Shown: piece by piece, positions 40,677 to 50,519 of the stretch
How the letters are laid out: the number at the start of each line of letters is the position of its first letter
Numbering within the stretch: the first letter of the stretch is position 1
Source: Candidatus Tayloriibacteriota bacterium
GTDB lineage: Bacteria > Patescibacteriota > Minisyncoccia > Phycocordibacterales > UBA6065
Reading direction: 5' to 3'
Length of the DNA stretch: 64,000 bases
Assembly: GCA_016215405.1 (NCBI GenBank)
Contig: JACRJQ010000008.1
Span: 25,866-89,865, forward strand
Notes under the pieces: generated by a model
Seen by the model: only the letters and a program-made list of their open reading frames with translations
Databases searched by the model: none
Told to the model about the DNA's origin: nothing
Program-made: the position numbers and the translations under genes

Positions 40677-41120
40677 ATGAAAAAGATATCGTTAGTCCTA
40701 CTCTCGATCCTCATCCTCGCCCTCGATTGTCACGCACGAGGAAGAGGCGGCCTCGGCGGGCGCTCGCGCACCGTCTATAGAGAGAAGGAAAAGGTCGTGT
40801 ATGTCCTTTGTGACGAGTGCAAAGCCCACATGCCGACGATCTCGGCGCCCGAAGATCTCTCCGGGATCAAGGTGAGCTCGGACGAATACGGCTGGACACG
40901 GATCGAAGCGCCCATCAAGGACGGCCGGGCGATCATGGCTCTCAGAAGCAAGGATCGGCTCGACTCCCTCACCTTGGAACAAAACGGCAAGGTGGTGTTC
41001 AGATCGAGCTACACAGGAAACGGATACGAGACCGATCGCGAGACCGAGAGAGTGTCTACCGACCGAGATGAGTGGTTTCGGTTCATGCAAAAGATACCGC
41101 TCATCATCCTCGAAAAATAG
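40677..41120 (+). CDS. Hypothetical secreted protein
   Basis: MKKISLVLLSILILALDCHA signal peptide; CDEC. Confidence 0.6.
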   Translation: MKKISLVLLSILILALDCHARGRGGLGGRSRTVYREKEKVVYVLCDECKAHMPTISAPEDLSGIKVSSDEYGWTRIEAPIKDGRAIMALRSKDRLDSLTLEQNGKVVFRSSYTGNGYETDRETERVSTDRDEWFRFMQKIPLIILEK

Positions 41121-41258
41121 CGGTATCCCGCTCCGCTCAAGATAGATGTCGGCAACATCTATCAAAGCCCGCGCCTCGAAAGAGCTGCGGGTTTTGTTTT
41201 GTGCGAAAAAGCCGGCGGCGCATGTGCGCCGCCGGCTCTCTGTCTCAAAGAGACGGGG

Positions 41259-42302
41259 CTAGCTTCTCCAGAAGCTCTTTGCCGCCCTCCAACCGTACTT
41301 AGCGACGACGAGCGCTATCGCTATATAGACGAGCCACTGGATGACGACGAAGACGAATGCTACGAGGCCGACCGTGATCTCTTGGATGATGCGGTTTATG
41401 TCGTAGACGAAGTCGCGCACCGCCTGCTTCCATGAGTCCCCTATCGACCTTCCATCGACGTACTTGTTCTCGTAGACCGAGACTCGGAAATACGTGTAGT
41501 CGAGCTTGTCGAGCTCTCGGGCCTTGGCCTGCGCGAGATAGTCGAGCTGGCTATTTATGTTTATGCGCTCCTGGGTGAGGCGCTCGATGATGCCCACCTT
41601 GCTGTCGATTATCTTCGCGAGGGCGCCGGTGTCTTGCGATCGCGTCGCGATCGCGGTTATCTCGTCGTAGGCCGCCATCGCGCTTTTAAGCGTCTGGTCG
41701 ATGGCCGAGAGCTTGGACTTGAGGATATCCGTCTGCGAGGTAAAGTCCTCGACCTGATTCTTTATCGTGCGCACGTTCTCCGAGAGGTCCCTCGGGTCGA
41801 GCTTCTCGATGGCGGTGAGGACCTCGTTCACGCTCTTCCGTTCCACCTTAAAGACATGGTCGCATCCCCGGTCGTACGAGTTCGAGGACTCGAAGACGAC
41901 ATAGTCTTTCGCCTTCAGCGAGAGTATCGCCCCGCATGTCGCCTCGAGGTCGCCGGTCTCTATGGTCGCGCTGTATTCCGTCACCTCGAACGCCTCGGCG
42001 TCAGAGCCTGTAGTCCCTCCGCCGTAGTAAGGCATGGCGTTCCTATACGAGAGAGCCGGAGCTCCGGCGGCCTGGGTTGCCATCATCTTCTCTTCGAACA
42101 TCCTAGACTCCGCCATGTCGTAGGACGGAGCCATCGGAGCCACCATATTGAAAGCGACTCCTCCCCATCCCATCCCCATTCCGCGCCTCTCAGGCGAGAG
42201 AGCGCCGAGCACGGCGCCGAGCACTATCACGCCGACGAGCGCGGCGGCCGCTATCTTAAGAGCCTTCGTAGGGTTCTCCCTTATCTTCCTTAAAAATTCC
42301 AT
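41259..42302 (-). CDS. DUF4349-like membrane-anchored coiled-coil protein
   Basis: N-terminal TM, ferredoxin-like region, coiled coil, YT.F.VSVYE, C-terminal TM. Confidence 0.7.
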   Translation of the reverse strand: MEFLRKIRENPTKALKIAAAALVGVIVLGAVLGALSPERRGMGMGWGGVAFNMVAPMAPSYDMAESRMFEEKMMATQAAGAPALSYRNAMPYYGGGTTGSDAEAFEVTEYSATIETGDLEATCGAILSLKAKDYVVFESSNSYDRGCDHVFKVERKSVNEVLTAIEKLDPRDLSENVRTIKNQVEDFTSQTDILKSKLSAIDQTLKSAMAAYDEITAIATRSQDTGALAKIIDSKVGIIERLTQERININSQLDYLAQAKARELDKLDYTYFRVSVYENKYVDGRSIGDSWKQAVRDFVYDINRIIQEITVGLVAFVFVVIQWLVYIAIALVVAKYGWRAAKSFWRS

Positions 42303-42385
42303 ATGGGTTCGGTTAACCTTTCCTGATATGCCTCCAATTATAGCAAAAGCCGGGGCTCCAAAGCCCCGGCTCGCTCTGCCCCGCC

Positions 42386-42799
42386 TTATGCGGAGACCGA
42401 CGCTCCCCCTTTCTTTCCGACAGGGATAGCGAACTTTCCCGCGCCAGAGACCATGAGCCCGAAAAGGCCCGATATTATGGCGAGGACCGGCATGAGCGCC
42501 TGGAACACCGCGATGTTCATGGCCGCCGCTCCCTTGTAGCTATAGAACGAGGCGCCCACCATGATGACAAAGAGCCCCATCGAGGCGAGCTCGATCCAGA
42601 GGCCGAGTATGACCGCGAGCCCTCCAGCGATCTCGGCGTAGGCCACGAGGTAAGCGACGAAGGCTGGTAGACCCATCTGCCCGAAATATCCGACCGTCAT
42701 AGTCATGTCGGCGACCTTCATCCATCCGGCGCTTAGGAATATGCCTCCTATGATGAGGCGGGCGGCGAAGAGAAGGACGTCCTTGTATCGAGTGAGCAT
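42386..42799 (-). CDS. DoxX family membrane protein
   Basis: ARLIIGGIF..GWMK, AEIAGG, GAGKF. Confidence 0.85.
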   Translation of the reverse strand: MLTRYKDVLLFAARLIIGGIFLSAGWMKVADMTMTVGYFGQMGLPAFVAYLVAYAEIAGGLAVILGLWIELASMGLFVIMVGASFYSYKGAAAMNIAVFQALMPVLAIISGLFGLMVSGAGKFAIPVGKKGGASVSA

Positions 42800-42881
42800 C
42801 TGCGTTTGGTTAAACCCTTATAATGCCTTCCTATGATAGCAAAAGCCGTCTGCCTTGGGCAGACGGCTTTTGGGGAGAGTA

Positions 42882-43571
42882 TTACTGATGGCTCTTTATC
42901 TCGTCGCGAGTCCTCTCGATCCAGCGGGCCGCAGCCTCCTGGCCGCCGAGGCCGAAAGCGAGGCCGAACGCCAAAGCGAGAGCTACTACCACGCCGGTAA
43001 AGAGGGTCTGGATGAATCCAACCGCGATGCCGAGCTGTACGAGCGCGGCGAGGAGGGCGAAGATCCAGATAGCCCACTTCGTGACCGCGCCGAGGAAGTT
43101 CGCGGAGCGAACATTCGCTGCCTTTGCGGACGAAGCGACGATCCTCGAAAGGACGTCTGCGATGACGACCGAGACGAGGAGGATAAGGACGGCGACGATG
43201 ACCTGAGGCAAGTAGAGAAGGACTACCTGCTGGAGGAACATGTTCACCTGAGTAAGGCCGAGGACGTCAAAGGCCGCTACGAGGAACGCTACGATGACGA
43301 ACCACTTCACAAGGCCGCCTACGAAGGCGCCCGAGTTGAGGTTGACGCCAGCGCGCTTCACGACGTTGCCGAAGCCCGCCTGCTCGAGCGCGGCGTCAAG
43401 CTTGATAGCGCGGATAAGATGCGCGATAAGCTTGCCTACGAGAGCGCCCACTATCCAGCCGATGATGAAGATGACGACGGCTGCGATGAGATTTGGGAGG
43501 AATTCGATCGTGCCTGACCAGATGCCCTGGAAAGCGCCCGATATCGTGTTTCCCCACGTTTGGAGTACCAT
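42882..43571 (-). CDS. TM-helix repeat protein (MscS/CmpX-associated)
   Basis: FLPNLIAA and YLPQVIVA repeats, LAFGLAFGLGG. Confidence 0.8.
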   Translation of the reverse strand: MVLQTWGNTISGAFQGIWSGTIEFLPNLIAAVVIFIIGWIVGALVGKLIAHLIRAIKLDAALEQAGFGNVVKRAGVNLNSGAFVGGLVKWFVIVAFLVAAFDVLGLTQVNMFLQQVVLLYLPQVIVAVLILLVSVVIADVLSRIVASSAKAANVRSANFLGAVTKWAIWIFALLAALVQLGIAVGFIQTLFTGVVVALALAFGLAFGLGGQEAAARWIERTRDEIKSHQ

Positions 43572-43729
43572 GATAATCAAAATTAAGGGTAATGCTTGTA
43601 AATTCGTGTACTTGCTGCAGCGAAAGCCGCAACGACCTTTTGTACGGCTTTAATTATAGCAATTTAAAACCCCCGAGGCGGGGGTTATGTGGACAAGTGG
43701 GAATTCTTATTTGCCTCTGGGAGAAAGGC

Positions 43730-44356
43730 CTATGCCCGAGCGATGCCTATCTTGTCCACCAAGATAGTGTGGGGGTAATCCAAGACGTCGCGAATGAGCT
43801 TGTCGTTCATGCTCTTCCTGTATGCGAAATCGGGGGCCGAGAGCACCGAATAGCGGATATCTTTGCCCATATCGGACTCTATCCCGCGCACGACCCTCTC
43901 GAGAGCGGAAGCCTTCACGTTATCCCCTACCACGAAGAGGTCGATGCGGGCATCCGCGTCTTTCATGAATATCCCCGACACCAGGACAGCCTTGATGCGT
44001 CCCGCCTTCTCGAGCTTCTTTACTATCGTGCGGTTCTCGAGAGAGTGCGTGCGCACGAGGAAATCTGATAGCTCCTCTCTAAACTCGAACTTGCTATCGA
44101 GAGAGAACGCTTTCACCTTCTTCTTTTTCTCGACGACCTTCTTCCCCTTCTTGGCCGATACGAGGCGTATGAGCTTGGACTGCCTCACAAGGCCGATCTT
44201 TTTGAACGCCGCCACCTCCTTCTCTATGTCGCGAGGCTTCGCGTCGGTCTTTGCGCGTATGTGCTCGACATCGAAAGCTGAATCGGGATTGAAGAGGAAA
44301 AGCCTCATCATCTTTACCCGCAAGGTCGAGCCGAAGAGCGTAGAAAGGGTGTCCAT
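43730..44356 (-). CDS. Winged HTH plus nucleotidyltransferase-like domain protein
   Basis: LFGSTLRVK..LF..NP N-terminus; SGIF....RIDLFVVGD C-terminus. Confidence 0.7.
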   Translation of the reverse strand: MDTLSTLFGSTLRVKMMRLFLFNPDSAFDVEHIRAKTDAKPRDIEKEVAAFKKIGLVRQSKLIRLVSAKKGKKVVEKKKKVKAFSLDSKFEFREELSDFLVRTHSLENRTIVKKLEKAGRIKAVLVSGIFMKDADARIDLFVVGDNVKASALERVVRGIESDMGKDIRYSVLSAPDFAYRKSMNDKLIRDVLDYPHTILVDKIGIARA

Positions 44357-44587
44357 TGCTGTTTGGTGCTGTTTAAGTGGGTGCATTATATCACCGATTC
44401 CTAAACGAAAAAGCCGATCCGATCGACGGCTGACGCCCCTCCCAACAGACCTTCTCGAACCGGCCGTTTCTGCCTTTTTATCCTGCCTCTCTGCCTTAGA
44501 GCGCGATATGAAGGGCCTTTGACAAAAGGCAGCGAAGGTTTAACCTTATCGTGTTAGGTTCCTCCACAATTCAGCCCCCAACTGCAT

Positions 44588-45160
44588 ATGCCAAACAAGC
44601 TCCTCATCCCTCCATCCGTCCAGTTCGCGCTCCAGTCCGGCGAAGCGAAGGTCCCGCTCGGGCGTTACTTCCATACCGCGCGCATCGAGCACACCCTCGT
44701 CGAGATCGGCGCCAAGGCGTTCCTTTCCGACGGCAAGCTCGAAGTCTTCGAAGAGCAGGCCCCGGGCAAGGAGGTAAAGCTTCCCGCTGACCTTTGGAAG
44801 GCTGTCGGTTTCCCGGCGCGCAAGCTCTCGATCACCGAGGCCCAAGCCGCGTTCTCGCTCCTTCTTCGCGGCCTCAAAGCCACGTCAGGGTTCGAGTTCA
44901 AGCCGTCGAAGGCTCACGTCTTCGGGCCGGATATCGTCAACATGCTCGTCCGGGAGTCGGATTCGGCCCACCCCTTCGCCCGCGGCGCCATCTGCGACGG
45001 AAAGATCGTCCTTCCTGCCCTCTCTTTCCTCCACCAGATCAAATGCTCGTGCGGCAAGAGCCTCACGGTCTCTCATGGGCAATTCCTGAAGCTCCGCGAC
45101 AGTCGGGCCCGTCCGATCTGCGAGGGTTGCCCTCCGCAGGCGGTCGCGGCGGTCGCCTAA
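44588..45160 (+). CDS. Hypothetical protein with C-terminal Zn finger
   Basis: CSCGK...ICEGC; hairpin downstream. Confidence 0.6.
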   Translation: MPNKLLIPPSVQFALQSGEAKVPLGRYFHTARIEHTLVEIGAKAFLSDGKLEVFEEQAPGKEVKLPADLWKAVGFPARKLSITEAQAAFSLLLRGLKATSGFEFKPSKAHVFGPDIVNMLVRESDSAHPFARGAICDGKIVLPALSFLHQIKCSCGKSLTVSHGQFLKLRDSRARPICEGCPPQAVAAVA

Positions 45161-45298
45161 GAAGGCTCTCCGAAAGCAAAAGCGAGTCGCGCTCACCCGA
45201 GCGCGGCTTTTTTATCGAAAGGGCCGAAAGCGCTCCGAGGAGAAAGAGAAAACCACCCCGACGGGTGGTTTTCGTGTCTATTGAAGGATATCCGAGCG

Positions 45299-45409
45299 TT
45301 ACTTAAGCTCGACCTTATCACGGATGATTTTCTGCTGAAAATCTCCGCGACCCCGCCTCCCCGCCCAAGGCGGGTCCGGCCGAAAGGTCGCTTACTTAAG
45401 CTCGACCTT
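45299..45409. repeat. 75-bp structured element flanked by an 18-bp duplication of the rplL 3' end
   Basis: TTACTTAAGCTCGACCTT at 45299-45316 and 45392-45409. Confidence 0.85.
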
Positions 45410-45760
45410 TCCTCCTGCTGCCTCGATGTCCTTCTTGAGCTTCTCCGCGTCCTCTTTCTTGACGCCTTCCTTGAGAACCTTAGGAGCTCCGTCGACGAGG
45501 TCCTTAGCCTCCTTGAGGCCGAGGCCGAGGGCCTCTTTGACGACCTTGATAACGTTGATCTTAGATGCGCCGCCGTCCTTAAGCTCTACCGTGAAGGTAG
45601 ACTTCTCCTCTGCCGCTGGGGCTGCCGCTGGGGCTGCCGCTACCGCTTGCGCCGAGACTCCGAACTTCTCCTCGAGATGCTTTACGAGCTCGTGGAGGTC
45701 GAGGACCGACATAGTGTCGAGCGAGTCGACGATTGCCTTGAACTTTGCTGGGGTTTCCAT
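45392..45760 (-). CDS. rplL: 50S ribosomal protein bL12 (L7/L12)
   Basis: [34 protein letters not shown]. Confidence 0.97.
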   Translation of the reverse strand: METPAKFKAIVDSLDTMSVLDLHELVKHLEEKFGVSAQAVAAAPAAAPAAEEKSTFTVELKDGGASKINVIKVVKEALGLGLKEAKDLVDGAPKVLKEGVKKEDAEKLKKDIEAAGGKVELK

Positions 45761-45809
45761 TGTGATAATAGTGGTAACAGATTGCTAATATATATGTTCT
45801 ACTCTTCCG

Positions 45810-46346
45810 CTAAGCCGTAGGCGCTGCCGCTGGAGCCGCTGCCTGAGCCTCCGCCGGCGCTCCCTTCTTCTTCGCTATCTCGCTCGCCGCTATGACGAAG
45901 CGCTGTATAGGAGAGTTGATGAGATTGACGACCTGAGCGTAGAGGGTCTTCTTGTCTGGGATAGACGCGTACGAGACGACGTCTGCCTTCGTGATGAACT
46001 TCCCTTCGAAGATGCCTCCGAGGATCGAGAGCTTATCCTTGTTCTTCTTGAGGAAGCTTCCGACCTCGCGGGCGGTAGAGAGGTTGTCCGCGCTATACGC
46101 GACCGCGACCTCTGCTCCCATCTCCGGCCTCGATCCTTCGATCTTGGCTGCGTCGAGGGCCCTGCCCATAAGGGTCTTCTTGGAGACGAGGAAGCTCACG
46201 CCTTGGGCCTTGAAGCCTTTTCGCATGGCGTTAGCCTCGTTCACCTTGAGCCCCTTGAATCCGACGAAGACGGCTCCCTTCGAGCCCTTAAAGACCGTCT
46301 CGAGCTCCTGTATGAGCTCCTTCTTCCTGTCTTTGCTAAGTGGCAT
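45810..46346 (-). CDS. rplJ: 50S ribosomal protein uL10
   Basis: FKGLKV, KKTL, GGIFEG, IPDK; directly upstream of rplL. Confidence 0.93.
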   Translation of the reverse strand: MPLSKDRKKELIQELETVFKGSKGAVFVGFKGLKVNEANAMRKGFKAQGVSFLVSKKTLMGRALDAAKIEGSRPEMGAEVAVAYSADNLSTAREVGSFLKKNKDKLSILGGIFEGKFITKADVVSYASIPDKKTLYAQVVNLINSPIQRFVIAASEIAKKKGAPAEAQAAAPAAAPTA

Positions 46347-46464
46347 TGATATTTTGCTGGATCCCGGCTTACGCCGGGAAGCTGCGCGCTTAGAGCTGAT
46401 AAATAAAAGGCCGCCGAATGGCGGATGGAGTGAATACCAGCATAGCCCTTAGGCAGACTGGTTT

Positions 46465-46531
46465 CGACCTCAGTAGGAGTGCCTCTTTCGAGGATTATGG
46501 CCTTATATTGGGCCACCTACTTTCTCCGGCC
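46465..46531 (-). promoter_or_regulatory. L10 leader (ribosomal protein autoregulatory RNA)
   Basis: CCGGAGAAAGTAGGTG...TAA...CCTACTGAGG upstream of rplJ. Confidence 0.65.
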
Positions 46532-46668
46532 TTTCGGGATAGAGACTACCAGATAGTTCTCCCCATTTCAAGGCTTTGACGAATCGGCCGCCGTGCCTAT
46601 ACTGAGACACGAACCCGTTCCCTGTCCCGGGAGAAAGGACAATACCTCAACTGACAGTTCCCCATCAC

Positions 46669-46830
46669 ATGTCCATCCGACACAAGAAGCGCCATCCCGA
46701 CATGGTCTCCAAGACCCACAACCGCAAGATGCTCGTCAGCGCCCTCCGCCGGGCCGGAAAACTCAAGCCCGGCGAATCGTCCTCGCCCTTCTCGACCGAC
46801 GAGCTTCGGACCATGGCGGGCGGTAAATAA
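46669..46830 (+). CDS. Small basic protein (53 aa), not in the ORF track
   Basis: MSIRHKKRHPDMVSKTHNRKMLVSALRRAGKLKPGESSSPFSTDELRTMAGGK; promoter TTGACG-N16-TATACT at 46576-46603; hairpin downstream. Confidence 0.5.
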   Translation: MSIRHKKRHPDMVSKTHNRKMLVSALRRAGKLKPGESSSPFSTDELRTMAGGK

Positions 46831-46953
46831 GCCAGCCTTCTTCGGAAACACGCGACCGCGCGACCCTCTGGGCCGCGCGGTTTATATTTCTATCGCATAA
46901 AAAAGGCGTCCGCGCAGAGAGCGGACGCCTGAGAACCGGCCTTGAATCTGCAA

Positions 46954-47673
46954 TTACCCGCGGGCCGCCGCGAGGAGGTCGAGGAGGGAGCCTGCGCCTG
47001 TGCGGCCGCCGCGACCGATGAGCTCGGCGAGCCGATCGAGAGGATCGCCTTCGCCGTCATCGTCGCCGTCGTCCTTGGCTTCTTCGGAGAATTCGATCTC
47101 GATGCGCTCGAGCAGCTCGGCCTCGTGTTCCGGCGAGAGGCCGCGCTTCTTGACGTCGCGGATCGCGCGCTCCTTGTCGGTCATCTCCGTGACGATGCGC
47201 CAGCCTTCGACGAACGAGACGTCCTTGCCGTAGACCTCGGGGTAGAGGGCGTGAACGCACTGCCAGACGTCGGCGCGGATGGCGTCGGCGACCTGGGAGA
47301 GCGCTTTGATCTCGCCCTTCCGGACTTTGATCTCGGAGCGGTTCTTCGGCGTCTGAACCGCCTCGGCGAGATGCCGGTAGTGGATCATGAGCGAGAACAG
47401 CTCGCGGGTCCGTTGGTCAGCCTCGCCGACGACGAAATGCTCGTCCTCGTTGAACCGCTTGAGCGGCTGGTAGAGGTCTTCGGGCTTCGTGACGCGTCCG
47501 GCGAAGATCGCGGACTTCTCGGCGAGGTAGACGCTGTGGACGTTCGGGGGACGGCTCGGCGCTTGGGGCGCCGGGGGCGTTCCGTTCGACGAGGCGGCGG
47601 GGGCGGTAGCAGAAGCGCCAGAGCCTGAGGCTTGGGCGCGGCGGGATGTCTTGGCCGTGGTTGCTGATTTCAT
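46954..47673 (-). CDS. Hypothetical protein
   Basis: Long ORF from MKSATTAK; AT-rich promoter upstream; acidic tail. Confidence 0.6.
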   Translation of the reverse strand: MKSATTAKTSRRAQASGSGASATAPAASSNGTPPAPQAPSRPPNVHSVYLAEKSAIFAGRVTKPEDLYQPLKRFNEDEHFVVGEADQRTRELFSLMIHYRHLAEAVQTPKNRSEIKVRKGEIKALSQVADAIRADVWQCVHALYPEVYGKDVSFVEGWRIVTEMTDKERAIRDVKKRGLSPEHEAELLERIEIEFSEEAKDDGDDDGEGDPLDRLAELIGRGGRTGAGSLLDLLAAARG

Positions 47674-47778
47674 GGTTTTATTGTTTTTCAGCCGTATTTC
47701 GCTGAAAGTTTGGAGAACATACGCCACATGGCGTAATCGCGACATTAAAACAATATAGTAAAAATGTCAATCTTCTAG

Positions 47779-49086
47779 CTACCTGCCAGAAAGAGCGTCT
47801 TTGACCGCCTTTACGAGGCTCGAAGAGTCGATTTTCGACGAGAGCTCTGAGCTCCATGACGGGTTCCTTGTGTCGATATCCGGATCGACTCCCCTGCCCT
47901 CTACCGGTCCGCCGTCGTCGCGAAGGGTTATCGAATGGACGAGAAGCAGGAGATATTTGTCTTTCTCGTCTACCGTCGATTGGAGCGGGAAGGTATTCTC
48001 GACCGTTCCCCAGCCGCGCGTAGGCTCCCCTATCACCGTACCGAGCTTGAATCGCTTGAAAGCCGCGGCGGTCACTTCTGCCGTCGATTGCGTCATGCCG
48101 TCGGTGAGGACGGCGATCTCCTTGTATCGCGAGAGCTCTGGGAACCTCGGCTGCGACGTCCTCTGGACCTCGTAGTCGCCTTGATGGAAAAGGTCGAACG
48201 CGTATTGGTTCTGTCCCAAGAAAAGGCCGAGGAAGGCTGCCGCGAAGTCGAGAGCGCCGCCGAGATTGCCTCTGAGGTCGATTATCATGCTGTCGAGCCC
48301 GGGCGTCGTGGTAGCCGCGTAGACGCCGCGGGCGAATTCGAGGAGCGTCGTCGGGGATATGCGGTCGATCTTCATATACAAGGTTTTCCCATAGACGCTC
48401 TTGGACGCCGTAGGCTCTATCTTCGCTTCGTCATAGAGGTCTTTGGTATTCGGATCAGCGAGCACCGATTTCGCATAGGCGATCTTCTCGAGCTTCTCCT
48501 TCGCCTCGGGCGAGGGGTCTGATAGCAAGGCCTCCGCCTTCGCTTCATACGCGAGCCTCACCTCCTCTTCGCTTGCGCCCTTCTTAAGCCCGAGATCCTC
48601 GTAGAGGTCCTTGGACGAGTCGACGTTCGCCACATCCTCGCGAAAAGCGGTCTCTTGCGTCTGAGACAGGAGGCCGTTGCGGCCTACGGGCTCGAGGTTA
48701 TAGAGGGCCACGTTGAGCGTATCGAGGGCGAGCCTCTTCTTGGCATCCGTCGATGTGGCGGCAGAGAGCGCCGCCTCTATCATTGCTGCCGTGCCCGAAC
48801 GGCTTATGTTCGCGAGCACAGGCATGAGTATTGAATTCTGAGCCTTCTGCAAAGAGAGCTGGAAGTGGTTCGCGAGGTCCTTCTCCGAGGTCTTGGCCCA
48901 GTAGTTCTCCATGATCGAATCGTACCCTTCCATCACGAACCTCACGAAAAGGTCCTTCTCGGCTTCCGTCTTATATGACGGCGCCGCGGCCTCTTCGCCC
49001 TTCGCGAAGTAAGCGTACGCGCCGAGAGAGATCGCGACCGCAACGATCGCGACCGCCAAGAACCGAGCGCTTCGAAGGAATCTCAT
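47779..49086 (-). CDS. S41-family peptidase-like protein with internal J-domain-like insert
   Basis: N-terminal TM; DLYEDLGLKKGASEEEVRLAY...AKSVLADP..KDLYD; IIDLRGNLGG, TQSTAE, PTRGWG, VEGRGVDPD. Confidence 0.8.
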   Translation of the reverse strand: MRFLRSARFLAVAIVAVAISLGAYAYFAKGEEAAAPSYKTEAEKDLFVRFVMEGYDSIMENYWAKTSEKDLANHFQLSLQKAQNSILMPVLANISRSGTAAMIEAALSAATSTDAKKRLALDTLNVALYNLEPVGRNGLLSQTQETAFREDVANVDSSKDLYEDLGLKKGASEEEVRLAYEAKAEALLSDPSPEAKEKLEKIAYAKSVLADPNTKDLYDEAKIEPTASKSVYGKTLYMKIDRISPTTLLEFARGVYAATTTPGLDSMIIDLRGNLGGALDFAAAFLGLFLGQNQYAFDLFHQGDYEVQRTSQPRFPELSRYKEIAVLTDGMTQSTAEVTAAAFKRFKLGTVIGEPTRGWGTVENTFPLQSTVDEKDKYLLLLVHSITLRDDGGPVEGRGVDPDIDTRNPSWSSELSSKIDSSSLVKAVKDALSGR

Positions 49087-49179
49087 GCCTCTAGTATAAA
49101 ATCAGCCGCCTCTGTCCACAACGAACCCGCCGACGGAATATCCGAAATGTAAAACGGCCCGCTTTCGCGGGCCGCTCTC

Positions 49180-50439
49180 CTACCTCGGGATGCAGGACAT
49201 CGCTCTTTCGGGCGGCTGGTCGCAAGCTCCTTGTACGGCCCCGCGCGGCGTAGAGAACGAACATGAATCCCCTCTCTCCTTTCCTGAGCATGCGTCGATC
49301 GCCTCTTGCGGAGGCTGAGGAGCATTCGTGCCCGAGGCGGGCGGCGTGCCCTTGAACCCTTGAACGCTAGGGCTCGCGCCCTCTCCCCCTCCCTGAGCCT
49401 GCGCTGGCGCTTGGCTCGATGCCGAATATGCCGCAGGCTTTCCCCTGAAGCAGGAGACGGAATACGGGAAGTCTCGCGTCATGACATAGTGGTACGTCTC
49501 CCTCGTCTCACCGCCCTCTACGACCTCGCTTACGATGCCGTGACAGACGTCGAGATCCTCGGTCATAAGATACTTCCCTTCGGCCACCTTAGGGCCTGTG
49601 ATCGGAAACCCGTCGAACGCGTAGCCGAGAACGGTCGATACGGAAGCATCCTTGAAGCACTCGGAGAGGCTGTGATAATGATACTGTCCATTCTTCTCGG
49701 GATGGCCGGCACAGGAATCCTGCACCTCGTAAGCGGCCGCGTCGCGGAGCTCGGCGTCGAAGCCTGCGAATATCGGAACGCCTGAGAGCATCACCCCGAC
49801 CTCCATACCCATGCAATAAGGCGTATCCGAATAGACCGGACCGGCCGGCACGGAAAGCTCTATCGACTGAGCCGAGATGGCGTTCGGATTCCTATCATAG
49901 ACGTAGGCGGGATCCAAAGCCGAGACAGGAAACGTCCCGGTCACATGGCTTATAGGAAGCCCGTTTCCCGATAGAGACCGCGATGATCCCGAGACTTTCG
50001 AGGAGAACGTCGCGGCAGGCCACGACACAGAGCCTGCGACAGACGCTTTCTCGCTGGGATTCCAAAAGCCGTCCTTGATCCATGTCTGGACGCCCGCCTG
50101 AGCCCCGCCGCCCTTTCGCGGCACGTCGCAGAGATATATGTATCCTTTCTTCGGCGCGGTTATAGAATACCTGCCATCGCCCAAAGGCATCGTCTCGGGA
50201 AGCCTGCCCGCAAGAGCGAGGAGCTCCGCCTTAGCGAGCGCTTTCTGCGCGCTCGAAATCGCAGAGGGCTCGTCCGCGACCTTGGCGCTCTCGGGCTTTT
50301 GAGGCGCGGCGCTCTCGCGGACCTCTGTCGACGCCTCTATCCCGACCGAAACGACCGCGGGAGGCGTAGAGGTCGCTACGCTGATGCCCAAAAATGAGCT
50401 TACGGCTATGATGAACGACGAGAAGAGCTTTGCGAACAT
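49180..50439 (-). CDS. YHYH domain protein, exported
   Basis: GNGLP..H, GVMLSGVPIF, DSCAGHP, YHYH, GYAFDGFPI, DLDVCHG, YHY. Confidence 0.88.
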   Translation of the reverse strand: MFAKLFSSFIIAVSSFLGISVATSTPPAVVSVGIEASTEVRESAAPQKPESAKVADEPSAISSAQKALAKAELLALAGRLPETMPLGDGRYSITAPKKGYIYLCDVPRKGGGAQAGVQTWIKDGFWNPSEKASVAGSVSWPAATFSSKVSGSSRSLSGNGLPISHVTGTFPVSALDPAYVYDRNPNAISAQSIELSVPAGPVYSDTPYCMGMEVGVMLSGVPIFAGFDAELRDAAAYEVQDSCAGHPEKNGQYHYHSLSECFKDASVSTVLGYAFDGFPITGPKVAEGKYLMTEDLDVCHGIVSEVVEGGETRETYHYVMTRDFPYSVSCFRGKPAAYSASSQAPAQAQGGGEGASPSVQGFKGTPPASGTNAPQPPQEAIDACSGKERGDSCSFSTPRGAVQGACDQPPERAMSCIPR

Positions 50440-50519
50440 GTTCTGCGATTAAGCGGCTAATGATAAAAGTATAGCAGCAAAACGGCCCGCCTAAGGCGGG
50501 CCGTTTCATCGTTCTTCTC

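Noticed and set aside
46669-46830. rpmH (bL34) call for the small basic ORF
   Set aside because: Lacks the KRTYQP, HGF and RRR.KGR signatures.
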